From Eledone cirrhosa (taxonomy: Eukaryota), in assembly GCA_964016885.1 (NCBI GenBank), contig OZ024757.1:33418001-33482000 (forward strand): DNA of 64,000 nt, given 5' to 3'. Positions within the stretch are counted from its first letter, which is position 1; each line of letters begins with the position of its first letter. Under the pieces are notes generated by a model. It did no database searches. It was given only the letters and a program-made list of their open reading frames with translations, and was not told the DNA's origin. Shown here piece after piece: positions 1 through 13,563 of this stretch. The translations under genes were made by a program, and so were the position numbers.

Positions 1-110
1 TATGTCTGATGAGGAACAGAGACCAGAGGTGACAACTGACTGCGGGAGTGGCTAGAGTGACACCCTAAAGATTGGTTGCAACAGTTGTGGATACATGATG
101 GTGATGATAG
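1..110 (+). mobile_element. RTE-clade LINE 3' end fragment (duplicate of 5795-5900)
   Basis: Near-identical to 5795-5900, which translates (with stops) as an RTE C-terminal R..SW.D.IK..TG..LL..RNRD motif; ends in a GATGAT-like tail. Confidence 0.55.
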
Positions 111-495
111 TATGGTATAGTGTAGCTTAAGATAGTATAGTATAGTATAGTTTATTATAGTATAGTATAGTATAGTATAGTTTATTATAGTATAGTTTAT
201 TAGAGTATAGTTTAGTAGAGTTTAGTTTAATTTAGTATATTATAGTATTGTTTAGTATAGTATAGTTTAGTATAGTTTATTATAGTATAGTTTAGTATAG
301 TATAGTATAGTTAAGTATAGTATGGTATAGTATAGTTTAATATAGTATAGTTTAGTATAATATAGTATAGTTTAGTTAAGTATAATATAGTTTAGTATAG
401 TATAGTTTACTATAGTAAAGTATAGTATAGTATAGTATAGTTTAGTATAGTATAGTTTAGTATGATATAGTAAAGTATAGTATAGTAAAGTATTA
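108..495. repeat. (TAGTA/TAGTT)n pentanucleotide satellite
   Basis: Directly visible tandem 5-mers. Confidence 0.95.
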
Positions 496-632
496 ATTTT
501 TTTACACCCATACATAGATTAGCATGGGGTGAGGGTGCAAGGGGGGTAGAGGCTATATTTGTGTGTTTGTGTGTGTGCGTGAGGGAGGGGGACACCCACC
601 ATCATCTTGTACTAACATGGCCTTGACTATGT

Positions 633-670
<38 letters not shown>

Positions 671-1019
671 CAAAGTATATTCCTTCCATATACTGTACCG
701 ATTGTGTTGTTATTTCTGTTTACCTTTTACATATACAGACATATATATATATACACATATATGTATACACACATAAACACACACATATATATATACACAC
801 CACACCACACATATATATATAATATATATATACACACTCAAATAAACATACATACATATATAAATATATATGTCCTACCCTTGCAAACAGGGAAAAGCGG
901 ATGTAAAATGATGATGATGATATATATATATACACCACAACACACATATATATATATAATATATATATACACTCATAAATACACATACATACACATATAC
1001 ATATATATATATATATATA

Positions 1020-1278
1020 TATCATTTCATTTTATGTCCGCTTTTCCCTGCTTGCAAGGGTGGGACGGGAACTGATTCTGGCTAGATTTCTATAGCTGGA
1101 TGCCCTTCCTAACACCAACCTCATTTACAGTGATTGCTGGGTTCTTTTTTTCCGTGGCACCTCCACGTCCACTTTGCAGTGTGGGCTGTGTGCTTTTTTG
1201 CTGTGGCACCTCCACGACCACTTTGGAGTGGAATGATAGGGACCTCAGTCCCTATCATCTCATTTCTACAGCTGAGTA

Positions 1279-1280
<2 letters not shown>
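1020..1280 (+). mobile_element. Dispersed SINE-like repeat (relatives at 33858-34020 + and 60430-60600 -)
   Basis: Shared ttttcc.tgcttgca.gggt..gacgg and ctggatgcccttcctaacaccaacc blocks. Confidence 0.6.
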
Positions 1281-1316
<36 letters not shown>

Positions 1317-1355
1317 AAATCAAAAGATGGTTAAAAGAGTTCCAAGTATTTTATT

Positions 1356-3010
1356 ATGTGTGTCTCGGCAGCTAACAACTGACGCAGGCAGTATGTTCTA
1401 TGCTTCGGCAACTCTGAGCGTGAAAAAATGTTTACGAAAGTCATGGGAGCTGCGCTGTTTTCTGATTTTGTAGGCATGTCCACGTGTGTTAGACACATGG
1501 AGATCAAAAAGGTGCTCAGGGTTGTTGTTGGCGAGATGGTTAATAATTTTGTGGGTATTCACCAAGTCCATTGCCAGACGTCGGAGCTTCAATGAATCCA
1601 TGCCCAGGGAAGCAAGGCGTTCAGAGTATGGTAGGTGTCTGATGGAGGGTATGCGCTTGGTTGCACGTCTCTGGACAGTTTCCAGGAGGTCAATGTTCTG
1701 AGCAAGATAGGGGTTCCAGACTGATGATGCGAATTCCAAGTGTGGTCGTACCATAGCTGTATACATTTTTAAATAGATGGCTGGAGAGCGGCTAACAAAG
1801 GTCTTGCTGAGTGATGCCAAGACACCCTCGGCTTTCTTGACAATCTTAGAGACATGCTTTGTCCAACGCAAATCGCTGCTGACAGTAATGCCCAGGTCAC
1901 GTTCACAAGAGGACTTCTTGATATCAGTGTTGTGGAGGGAGTATGTGGACGCTGGATTTTTCCTCCCAAAATGCATGGTGGTACACTTGTCCACAGCCAG
2001 CTTCAGTTGACAGTCTGTGATCCATTGCTGCATTGTGTCCAGGTCTGATTGTAGGAAAGAGTTGTAGATTTCAGGATTAGTCCTTTTGATTTCAAGGTAC
2101 AGCTTGATGTCATCTGCATATTTCAGTACCGTGGCATTCTGTAAGTTGGCATCTCTGTCATTAATATATGCCACAAAGAAAAGGGGACCAAGAACAGATC
2201 CCTGTGGTACACCAGATGACATTTCATATGGTGAAGAATGCTGTGCTAGAACCGTGACTACCTCTTTTCGGCTGAGAATGAAGGATTTCAACCAGACGAA
2301 AAGATCATCCCTCACACCCATTGCAGAGAGTTTTGCCATAAGTCTTTTGTGTGGCACAGAATTAAAAACCTTATCAAATCAAGGTAAACAACATTCACCC
2401 ATGAGCCGCTCTCAGTGATCCAGGTGATGTCTTCAAGGAATTCGATAAGCTGATCACAGCAGCTGGAGTTAGGGATAAATCCAAACTGTGAGGGCCGGAT
2501 GAGGCTGTGAGAGCTCCAGAAGTTCCAAAGTGTTTCTCTGACACAGGATTCCATCAGTTTGGCCATACAGCTAGTAAGACTGACTGGACGATAGTTGACA
2601 GGTGACATGCGGTTGCCCTTTTTGAACAGGGGAATGACACTGGCAGTTTTCCACGGCTCCGGAGTAGCACCATTGTTGAGACAGTATTGAAAGAAGAAAG
2701 AAAGCTGGTGCAAAAGGAAATACCCGCCACGTTTGAGAAGCAGGTATGTAACACCATCAAGACCAGGGGAGGCATAGTTGCGCTTATTCTTAAGGTGACG
2801 TCGCAACATTGCAGGTGTAAATTCCATAGTTGTTATGGAATTTGATGTTAGAGATGGTGGAGATGGTACATTCTGGTTTTCAAGAGTAAAAATACTTGCA
2901 TAGCACTCAGCAATGAGTTCTGCGTATTCTTTGGGATCGTCAGTGATCTGGCTTGTGTGGGGATTGCGAAGAGGACCAACGGGATGGAGAGTGAGGTCGC
3001 TGATTTGAAT
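1356..3010 (-). mobile_element. 5'-truncated CR1/L2-group LINE ORF2 (reverse transcriptase), frameshifted near 2380 and with a premature stop near 1398
   Basis: ORFs 2312-3124 and 1398-2357 contain SPGLDG, PLFKKG..NYRPVSLTS, QFGF, GVPQGSVLGPLFF..YIND, YADD, ERDLG, RPHLEF..VWNP, VQRRATK and NTRGH..K, all typical of CR1-type ORF2. Confidence 0.92.
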
Positions 3011-3030
3011 GAACATATATGTATACTTAT

Positions 3031-4107
3031 ATATGATATATATAGATAATATATAAACATGATAGATAATTATGGGTACATATATAGATGTGTGTGTGTA
3101 AAAGGTAAACAGAAATAACAACACAATCGGTACAGTATATGGAAGGAATACATTAGTTTAACATATATATATACACACAAACACATAATGCAGTCATAGT
3201 GCCGTTTATACTTTTCAAGAAAAGATTGATATTTAAAAAAAATCGAATCTTTAGATTAATTTATCGAATTATTGAGAAAAGTTTTACACTTTCTTTTATT
3301 GATCATTAGCAATGTTTAGAGATACATTTTATTCATAGTTGTATAAATAACGTTACAAATTGTTGATAATTCTTACAGAATGAAAGTATAAATACAATTA
3401 ATTATTGCTAGGAACCTTATAAATATAATATACAAAAATATATAAACAAAGCGAGTGAAAAAGAAAACGAAAAACAAGGATTCTAAGAAAAGAGAGGAAG
3501 ATAGACAATACTTCATACAATTTATGTTCCAAGGGAAATAACCCAAGTGACAGCATAGCCTTGTGTGTGCAATGCTGTCACTTGGGTTATTTCCCTTGGA
3601 ACACAAATTGTATGAAGTATTGCCTATCTTCCTCTCTTTTCTTAGAATCCTTGTTTTTCGTTTTCTTTTTCACTCGCCTTGTTTATATATTTTTGTATAT
3701 TATATTTATAAGGTTCCTAGCAATAATTAATTGTATTTATACTTTCATTCTGTAAGAATTATCAACAATTTGTAACGTTATTTATACAACTATGAATAAA
3801 ATTTATCTCTAAACATTGCTAATGAACAATAAAAGAAAGTGTAAAACTTTTCTCAAAAATTCGATAAATTAATCTAAAGATTCTTTTTTTTTAAATATCA
3901 ATCTTTTCTTGAAAAGTATAAACGGCACTATGACTGCATTATGTGTTTGTGTGTATATATATATGTTAAACTAATGTATTTCTTCCATATACTGTACCGA
4001 TTGTGTTGTTATTTCTGTTTACATTTTACGCACACACACACACACACATCTATATATCTATATATATACCCATAATTATCTATCATGTTTATATATTATC
4101 TATATAT

Positions 4108-4115
<8 letters not shown>
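3031..4115. repeat. ~525-bp-arm near-perfect inverted repeat with 15-nt spacer (3557-3571)
   Basis: acccaagtgacagcat-[15 nt]-atgctgtcacttgggt at the centre; mirrored ORFs 3373-3606(-) and 3561-3755(+) give nearly the same peptide. Confidence 0.95.
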
Positions 4116-4165
<50 letters not shown>

Positions 4166-5098
4166 AGAAGAAGAAGAAGAAGAGATACTGAACTACATTA
4201 TTTAGTGAGTTTCCATATATTTAGGATAGTAGGGTGTCCTTTGTAGGACATTGAGGGATATTTGACTCTTATTTCTAGCTGGTTGGGTGACCATTTAGAG
4301 GCTCAATCGGTGGCTCCTTTTTGTTATCAAGATGTTGGTGTTGTTTAGCCCTAGGTCTGGCTAGGCTCCGACAGACCTTGGAGCAGAAGCCCCGACCACC
4401 TTAGTCTTTTTTTTTTTGCAGGCACTCAACTAGATTATTCAATGAGTTCTTCCTTTATTTAAGATGGTAGAGTTTGGTTTGAAGGATATTTGACAATTAT
4501 TTCTAGCGAAGTAGATGACCATGAACAGACAGTCCCTGTTATATCAAACACAGTAATGTCTATGTTTTATTAAACACTGAATTCTTTAGGAATTACTCAG
4601 CAAAATAGGAAGTCATGACTCCCTCCATTTGATGAATATAGGAAATAGTTTATATCAATATCAAATGATTAAAAAGTTTTCTTCGCAATCACCAGTTCAA
4701 CCTCTCACTCCATGTCTTCATGAGCAAGTGACTTTACCATAGGCCCAGGATGGCCAAAGCTTTGGAGTGAAATTGGATAGCCAGAAACTGTTTGGAAGCC
4801 TGATGGATTCATTGCATCTGTAATTCAAAGGGTCAGGTCTGTCCATTGCCAGATTTACCATTGTGCTGAGGTGTGCTTAAGCACAGGGCTCTGTTGGCCA
4901 AGGTGGGTGGGTGGTGTAATCTTTCTGCGCCATTTTTTACCTCCTTCCGGGTCCAAATAAGGGGCCTCATAATTTAACTAGCAGAGGACTTCATCTGTCT
5001 AAAATTCAGCACTGTATACCATAGGCCCAGGATGGCCAAAATTTTGGAGTGAAATTGAGTAGACAGAAACTGGTAGAAAGCCTATTGGTTTCATTGCA
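3568..5098 (+). repeat. Segmental duplication, copy 1 (copy 2 at 13056-14578)
   Basis: Colinear near-identity from gcaatgctgtcacttggg to cctattggtttcattgca. Confidence 0.9.
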
Positions 5099-5204
5099 TC
5101 TGCAATTCAAGTAGCTGGACTTGTGTGAATGTGAGAAATAAATTGTTTGGATAAAATGTCATTGTAGTACTTGTTGTTCTTTACATTTTAAAGTGAAATT
5201 CTAC

Positions 5205-5440
5205 TAAGGTCGACCTTGCCTTTCATCCTTTCTGGGTTGATAGAATAAAGTAGCAGTCTAATAGTGGGGTCGATTCTTTCTCTATATCTCTTTCTCAGAC
5301 AGACAGAGAGAGAGAGAGAGAGACTTACAGAAGGAGAGAAAAGAGAGAGAGAGAGAGAAGAGAGACACACATACAGAAGGAGAGAAAAGAGATAAAGAGA
5401 AGAGAGAGAGAGTAAGAAGAGAGATAGAAAGACACCCAAC

Positions 5441-5522
<82 letters not shown>

Positions 5523-5640
5523 CCAAGTACTGGACTGGTTTTGGTATTTTATTTATCGACCCCGAAATGAAGAAAGACAAAGTTGACTACAGTGGGGCGG
5601 GATTTGAACTCAGCGCAATAAGCTGGAATAAAAAATGAGT
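5205..5640. mobile_element. Two oppositely oriented SINE halves flanking a (GA)n-rich tract
   Basis: gtcgaccttgcctttcatcc on +; ttatcgacccc...ggatttgaactcag is the same family on -. Confidence 0.7.
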
Positions 5641-5649
5641 CATTTTAAA

Positions 5650-5900
5650 TTTGAAACCATGAGGACTCTGTCAATTTGCCACATTCAGGCTTTAATAAAA
5701 TGCAGCCGAGAGAGGGTGAAGAAGAAGCAGATAAAGAAAATCTTGGTCTGACAGCATCAAAGACTGAACTGGTCATATCACCAAGACCCTTCTTTGTCTG
5801 ATGAGGAACAGAGACCAGAGGTGACAACTGACTGCGGGAGTGGCTAGAGAGACACCCTAAAGATTGGTTGCAACAGTTGTGGATACATGATGGTGATGAT
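5650..5900 (+). mobile_element. RTE-clade LINE 3' fragment
   Basis: Degenerate translation G*RRSR*RKSWSDSIKD*TGHITKTLLCLMRNRDQR resembles the RTE C-terminus. Confidence 0.6.
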
Positions 5901-7410
5901 AGTATGGTATAGTGTAGCTTAAGATAGTATAGTATAGTATAGTTTATTATAGTATTGTTTAGTATAGTATAGTTTAGTATAGTTTATTATAGTATAGTTT
6001 AGTAGAGTTTAGTTTAGTTTAGTTTAGTTTATTATAGTATTGTTTAGTATGGTATAGTTTAGTATAGTTTATTATAGTATAGTTTAGTATAGTATAGTAT
6101 AGTATAGTATGGTATAGTATGGTATAGTATAGTTTAGTATAGTATAGTTTAGTAGAGTATAGTATAGTTTAGTATAGTTTATTATAGTATAGTGTAGCTT
6201 AGGATAGTATAGTATAGTATAGTTTAGTATAGTTTATTATAGTATAGTTTAGTAGAGTTTAGTTTAGTTTAGTTTATTATAGTATTGTTTAGTATAGTAT
6301 AGTTTAGTATAGTTTATTATAGTATAGTTTAGTAGAGTTTAGTTTAGTTTAGTTTAGTTTATTATAGTATTGTTTAGTATAGTATAGTTTAGTATAGTTT
6401 ATTATAGTATAGTTTAGTATAGTATAGTATAGTATAGTATGGTATAGTATGGTATAGTATAGTTTAGTATAGTATAGTTTAGTAGAGTATAGTATAGTTT
6501 AGTATAGTTTATTATAGTATAGTGTAGCTTAGGATAGTATAGTATAGTATAGTTTAGTATAGTTTATTATAGTATAGTTTAGTAGAGTTTAGTTTAGTTT
6601 AGTTTATTATAGTATTGTTTAGTATAGTATAGTTTAGTATAGTTTATTATAGTATAGTTTAGTATAGTATAGTATAGTATAGTATAGTATGGTATAGTAT
6701 GGTATAGTATAGTTTAGTATAGTATAGTTTAGTAGAGTATAGTATAGTTTAGTATAGTTTATTATAGTATAGTGTAGCTTAGGATAGTATAGTATAGTAT
6801 AGTTTAGTATAGTTTATTATAGTATAGTTTAGTATAGTATAGTTTAGTATAGTATGGTATAGTATAGTTTAGTATAGTATAGTTTAGTATAATATAGTAG
6901 AGTTTAGTATAATATAGTATAGTATAGTATAGTATAGTATAGTATAGTATAGTATAGTATAGTATAGTATAGTATAGTTTAGTTTAGTATAGTATAGTTT
7001 AGTATAGTATTGTTTAGTAGAGTATAGTATAGTATAATATAGTATAGTTTAGTATGATATATTATAGTTTAGTTATGTATATTATGCTTTAGTATAGTAT
7101 TGTATAGTTTGGTATAATATAGTAAAGTATAGTATAGTATAGTATAGTTTAGTATAGTACAGTATAGTTTAGTATAGTATAGTTTAGTATGGTATAGTAT
7201 AGTATAGTTTAGTATAGTATAGTATAGTTTAGTATAGTACAGTATAGTTTAGTATAGTATAGTTTAGTATAGTATAGTTTAATATGGTATAGTATAGTTT
7301 AATATAGTATAGTATAATATAGTTTAGCATAGTATAGTATAGTATAGTTTAGTATCGTATAGTTTAGTAGGATATAGTAAAGTATAGTATGGTATAGTAT
7401 AGTAAAGTAT
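5900..7410. repeat. 1.5-kb (TAGTA/TAGTT)n satellite with higher-order blocks
   Basis: Marker variant agtgtagcttaggatag recurs at ~6191, 6521 and 6771. Confidence 0.95.
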
Positions 7411-7539
7411 TTATTTTTTTACACACATACATAGATTAGCATGGTGTGAGTGTGCAAGTGGGATAGAGGCTATATTTGTGTTTGTGTGTGGGTTGGGGGG
7501 CACCCAACATGACCTTGTACTAAGATGGCCTTGACTATG

Positions 7540-8612
<1,073 letters not shown>

Positions 8613-8819
8613 AGAAACATCTCCCTTCTCTCCTCTCCATCCATCTTCTCTATCAACCTTACAATACACGACAGGCATGGTTGGTGGTCTGGTGGCTGGT
8701 TTCTTTATATTCCTCTATAATCCAACACCACAATAAACAATCGCCATTATGTCTTATGCTGTTGCTTTTTGATGGCTTTTCTTTTCTTTCTAGAAGGTCA
8801 TCTTTTTAGTAATAGAAAC

Positions 8820-9352
8820 ACCGACAACCACTGGAATCCCCACCGCCATCATCATCACCACCACCACCACTGGCATCACCCCACTGCCATCATCATCACC
8901 ACCACCACCACCACTGGCATCACCACCGCTATCATCATTACCACTACTGGAATCACCACCACTACTGGTACCACCACCACCACCACCACCACAACCACAA
9001 CCATCATCATCAGTACTGGTATCAGCACCACCACCACCATCATCAACAGTACTGGTACCACCACCTCCACCACCACTACTGGTACCACCACCACCACTAT
9101 TGGCATCACCACCACCACCACAACCATCATCATCAGTACTGGTATCACCACCACCACCACCATCATCAACAGTACTGGTACCACCACCTCCACCACCACT
9201 ACTGGTACCACCACCACCACCACAACCATCATCATCATCAAGATCACCACTACCACCATCATCACCACCACTACTGGTATCACCACCACCATCATCATCA
9301 CCATCACTACTGGAATCCACACCACTACTGGTATCACCATCACCACCACCAC
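8820..9352. repeat. (CAC/CAT)n low-complexity array with recurring actggt(a) nodes
   Basis: Direct; source of Thr/Val/Gly-rich pseudo-ORFs. Confidence 0.9.
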
Positions 9353-9784
9353 AATGAAAAGTACAAAACAGCACTATAACAGACTACTAGTAATGTACTG
9401 GCTAATTGCTGGCCTTGTGCCAAAAGTAGAAACAATTATATATACATACATGTATATAATTAAAGTGAGGAAAGTTGGTTGATCAACACCCCTTAAAGTA
9501 TTATCAATAGGTTATCAACCGAAGTGTCAATATTATAAAGAAGAGAAGAGAGAGACCGTTTTAAATGTACAACCTCTGTTTATTACCTTCTTTATAAAAA
9601 GTATACAAAAAAATCTTTAAAAAGTGCATTAAAATAAATTATTTTATATGCATTACTTAAATTATGTAAACATTTGAATTACGTCTGTAGATATATTTTA
9701 TTTTTGGGAAGGCTGTGCATTCTAATAAATATTGCCTGTATATGTAATCAAAATGAGTATACATTTTGGGGGCACCCTGTATAT

Positions 9785-10035
9785 ATCTTAGTTTCAGAGA
9801 AGAGGAAGATAACCAAATATTGGGGCTTGACCGTCTGTTTCCTTTTCTTGTCAGTCGCCATCGAGACATCAGGTGTCCTCAGTCCCCAAATTGCTAATTT
9901 CCTCCATAAAATCGGAGAGATATTAGCCCGCCTGAGGAAGGAGTTCTCCTGGTGAGATAGAGGGGCTCTTGCAGCCAATATCGCTGGCCATTTTCTATGG
10001 CAATGTCCTCGCCATTTTGTCTAGAGGATGCAGCC
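9785..10035 (+). mobile_element. CRE-clade-like non-LTR retrotransposon 3' fragment (restriction-like endonuclease C-terminus); duplicate at 11260-11510
   Basis: EKRKITKYWGL..FLFLSVAIETSGVLSP..ANFLHKIG then LQPISLAIFYGNVLAIL matches the CRE pattern E..K..KY..L..F.P.A.ET.G / QR.S.AI.RGNA..IL. Confidence 0.7.
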
Positions 10036-10324
10036 TAACATGTCGTCTGGCCTGAAGTGTGAAATCTGTTGCTTCGTCCCCACTTTCCTTTACCACCGTT
10101 GCTTAATTTCTAATGTCTTTTTCTTCTAATTTTTCTCTCTATCTTTTACGTTTCAATATAAATATTTTTTAATGACCTGTACAAACGTATTTAAAATTAC
10201 ACTTTATTTGTAGTGTTTACAAAATAAAAACGAAGATATTTAAAGTTGTTTTTCAATGCTCACATAAAAAGAGTGAAAGCAGAAATGGTTAAACTTTTAA
10301 TCTGTGCTAATGATAATTAAAAAT

Positions 10325-10445
10325 AATTGTTTCTACTTTAGGCACAAGGCCAACAATTACCCAGGGCATTACTGGTACTTTATTTTATCGACCCCGTAAG
10401 GATGAAAGGCAAAGTCAACCTCGGCGGGATTTGAACTCAGATCGT
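10325..10445 (-). mobile_element. tRNA-derived SINE, 3' part
   Basis: Reverse complement of ctgagttcaaatcccgccgaggttgactttgcctttcatccttacggggtcg...ccttgtgcctaaagtagaaacaatta. Confidence 0.85.
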
Positions 10446-10479
10446 AATGGTTTCTAATTTAGCCAACACTTTTTTTAAA

Positions 10480-10690
10480 ATGAACTGGCTTCTTGTCAAA
10501 CTATAGCAGTGTTTACTTCTGGTGTTCATGGCCCCTGGACCATCTCCTTATTCATTAATATCGAGGCGAAGTCAGCTACCCGCAGGAACAAACCCTGTCA
10601 GTAGGAATAGTTATTCCAATGCTTCTCTCTCGCCATCTTCCGAGGCAACTTTCTCTCCATTTTGTCCGTTGGGATCACAAGGCCGCTTAC
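10480..10690 (+). mobile_element. Diverged CRE-like REL 3' fragment
   Basis: AVFTSGVHGPWT...LFQCFSLAIFRGNFLSILSVG. Confidence 0.6.
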
Positions 10691-11940
10691 GTATTGTCTC
10701 TCTCTCTCATACACACACAAGGCAATGCTGTCACTTGGGTTATTTCCCCTTTGACCGCAAATTGTATGAAGTATTGCCTATCTTCCTCACTTTTCTTAAT
10801 AAGTCAATTATTATTATTGTTTTTCGACAATGAAAAGTACAAAACAGCACTATAACAGACTACCAGTAATGTACTGGCTAATTGCTGGCCTTGTGCCAAA
10901 AGTAGAAACAATTATATATACATACATGTATATAATTAAAGTGAGGAAAGTTGGTTGATCAACACCCCTTAAAGTATTATCAATAGGTTATCAACCGAAG
11001 TGTCAATATTATAAAGAAGAGAAGAGAGACCGTTTTAAATGTACAACCTCTGTTTATTACCTTCTTTATAAAAAGTATACAAAAAAATCTTTAAAAAGTG
11101 CATTAAAATAAATTGTTTTATATGCATTACTTAAATTATGTAAACATTTGAATTACGTCTGTCGATATATTTTATTTTTGGGAAGGCTGTGCATTCTAAT
11201 AAATATTGCCTGTATAGGTAATCAAAATGAGTATACATTTGTGGCGACACCCTGTATATATCTTAGTTTCAGAGAAGAGGAAGATAACCAAATATTGGGG
11301 CTTGACCGTCTGTTTCCTTTTCTTGTCAGTCGCCATCGAGACATCAGGTGTCCTCAGTCCCAGAATTGCTAATTTCCTCCATAAAATCGGAGAGATATCA
11401 GCCCGCCTGATGAAGGAGTTCTCCTGGTGAGATAGAGGGGCTCTTGCAGCCAATATCGCTGGCCATTTTCTATGGCAATGTCCTCGCCATTTTGTCTAGA
11501 GGATGCAGCCTAACATGTCGTCTGGCCTGAAGTGTGAAATCTGTTGCTTCGTCCCCACTTTCCTTTACCACCGTTGCTTAATTTCTAATGTCTTTTTCTT
11601 CTAATTTTTTCTCTATCTTTTACGTTTCAATATAAATATTTTTTAATGACCTGTACAAACGTATTTAAAATTACGCTTTATTTGTAGTGTTTACAAAATA
11701 AAAACGAAGATATTTAAAGTTATTTTTCAATGTTCAACATAAAAAGAGTGAAAGCAGAAATGGTTAAACTTTTAATCTGTGCTAATGATAATTATTAATA
11801 ATGGTTTCTGTTATAGGTACAAGGCCAACACATTTTTTTTGTAGGGTGGAGTCGATTAGATCGACTCCAGTACGTTACTGGGCTTTATTTTATTGACTTC
11901 GCAATGGATGAAAAGCAAAGCTAATCTCTCTCTATATATA

Positions 11941-12185
11941 TAATATTTATTAGAATGCTGTTGAAGTTGTTATACATTTTGGGGGAGACCCTGTGTATAT
12001 TAAAAACAAAACGAGGTTTCACATTGAAGTTCTTATTGACTAGGCTCAATATATATAATATATATATATATATATATTGAGTCTAGTCAATAAGAACTGC
12101 AATGGGGAACCTCGTTTTGTTTTTAATATACACAGGGGCCTCCCCCAAAATGTATACCAACTTCAACAGTATTCTAATAAATATT
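11941..12185. repeat. ~115-bp-arm imperfect inverted repeat centred on (TA)n, including part of a mariner-like MITE
   Basis: gttcttattgactaggctcaat / attgagtctagtcaataagaac and flanking arms. Confidence 0.85.
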
Positions 12186-12229
12186 GCCTGTACAGGTAAT
12201 CAAAGTGTGTTTACATATTTTGGGATACC

Positions 12230-12232
<3 letters not shown>
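12130..12232. mobile_element. ~100-bp Tc1/mariner-like MITE (relatives at ~9715-9782, 11190-11257, 12877-12975)
   Basis: TA-CAGGG..CCCAAAA-like ends with a shared core aataaatattgcctgta.a.gtaatcaaa. Confidence 0.6.
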
Positions 12233-12286
<54 letters not shown>

Positions 12287-12384
12287 CAGAGAAAGAAAGA
12301 GAGATATGTACGTGTGTATTTTCTGTTTACTTTTCGCACACACAGACATATATATGTGTGTGTGTGTGTATATATGTATATATA

Positions 12385-12830
12385 TATATGCGATGCCAGT
12401 TTCTCCAGCGGCAACATGGTTCATTCACTGTGACTAACCCAGGCTTCGCTGCTCTTTAAGCCGAAGAGGGTAAACTATCGGAAGATCGTTGCTCTCCGAC
12501 AGGTTTGTGGTCGAACCTGTAGCAGCGGGGAGACATCTGGAGTTCTTGGTCCTCGTATCACCTCCTAACTCCCTAATATTTCGTTAGAGTTGGCCACATG
12601 AAAGTGCGAGCCCCATGAAGTGAAATGGCTTCTTATGAAACCTATAGCGGTGTTCACTACTGGGGTCCCTGGTCCCTGGACCATCTCCCTATTCACTACT
12701 ATCAAGGGGAAGTTGGCTACCAGTAGGAAAGAGCCCCGCCAGTAGGAATGGCTATTTCAATCGTATCTCTCGCCATCCTACGAGGCAATGTTCTCTCTAT
12801 TTTTTCCGCTGGGACCACAGGGCGGCTTAC
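12385..12830 (+). mobile_element. Two further diverged CRE-like REL fragments in tandem
   Basis: PGFAAL.AEEGK...ETSGVLGPR (12385-12610) and PIAVFTTG...WLFQ..SLAILRGNVLSIFSAG (12620-12830). Confidence 0.6.
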
Positions 12831-12983
12831 AACAGACCCCTCCCCCTCTCTCTCACACACATATATATATATAGCTACACAGGGTGTTCAAAAAGTGTAT
12901 ACACACCTCAACAGCATTATAATAAATATTACCTGTACAGATAATGAAAGTGTGTATACATTTCTTAGGTACACACACACACA

Positions 12984-13053
<70 letters not shown>

Positions 13054-13055
13054 TG

Positions 13056-13514
13056 GCAATGCTGTCACTTGGGTTATTTCCCCTTCGACCCCAAATTGTA
13101 TGAAGTATTGCCTATCTTCCTCTCTTTTCTTAGAATCCTTGTTTTTCGTTTTCTTTTTCACTCGCCTTGTTTATATATTTTTGTATATTATATTTATAAG
13201 GTTCCTAGCAATAATTAATTGTATTTATACTTTCATTCTGTAAGAATTATCAACAATTTGTAACGTTATTTATACAACTATGAATAAAATTTATCTCTAA
13301 ACATTGCTAATGAAAAATAAAAGAAAGTGTAAAACTTTTCTCAATAATTCGATAAATTACTCTAAAGATTCGATTTTTTTAAAATATCAATCTTTTCTTG
13401 AAAAGTATAAACGGCACTATGACTGAATTATGTGTTTGTGTGTATATATATATATGTTAAACTAATGTATTCCTTCCATATACTGTACCGATTGTGTTGT
13501 TATTTCTGTTTACC

Positions 13515-13563
<49 letters not shown>

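Larger units (their letters stand above)
9352..11800 (+). repeat. Direct duplication 9352-~10320 / 10828-~11795 (offset ~1475 bp)
   Basis: Both start caatgaaaagtacaaaacagcactataacagac; ORF pairs 9674/11148 and 9748/11196 are nearly identical. Confidence 0.92.

Noticed and set aside
6-40. CTGATGAGG as a hammerhead core (also at ~5798)
   Set aside because: No stem II or GAAA follows; it lies inside an RTE coding remnant
8769-9482. Mucin-like Thr-rich ORF (also 25837-26787, 35444-35832)
   Set aside because: (CAC)n arrays open in several frames on both strands; no signal peptide or splice support
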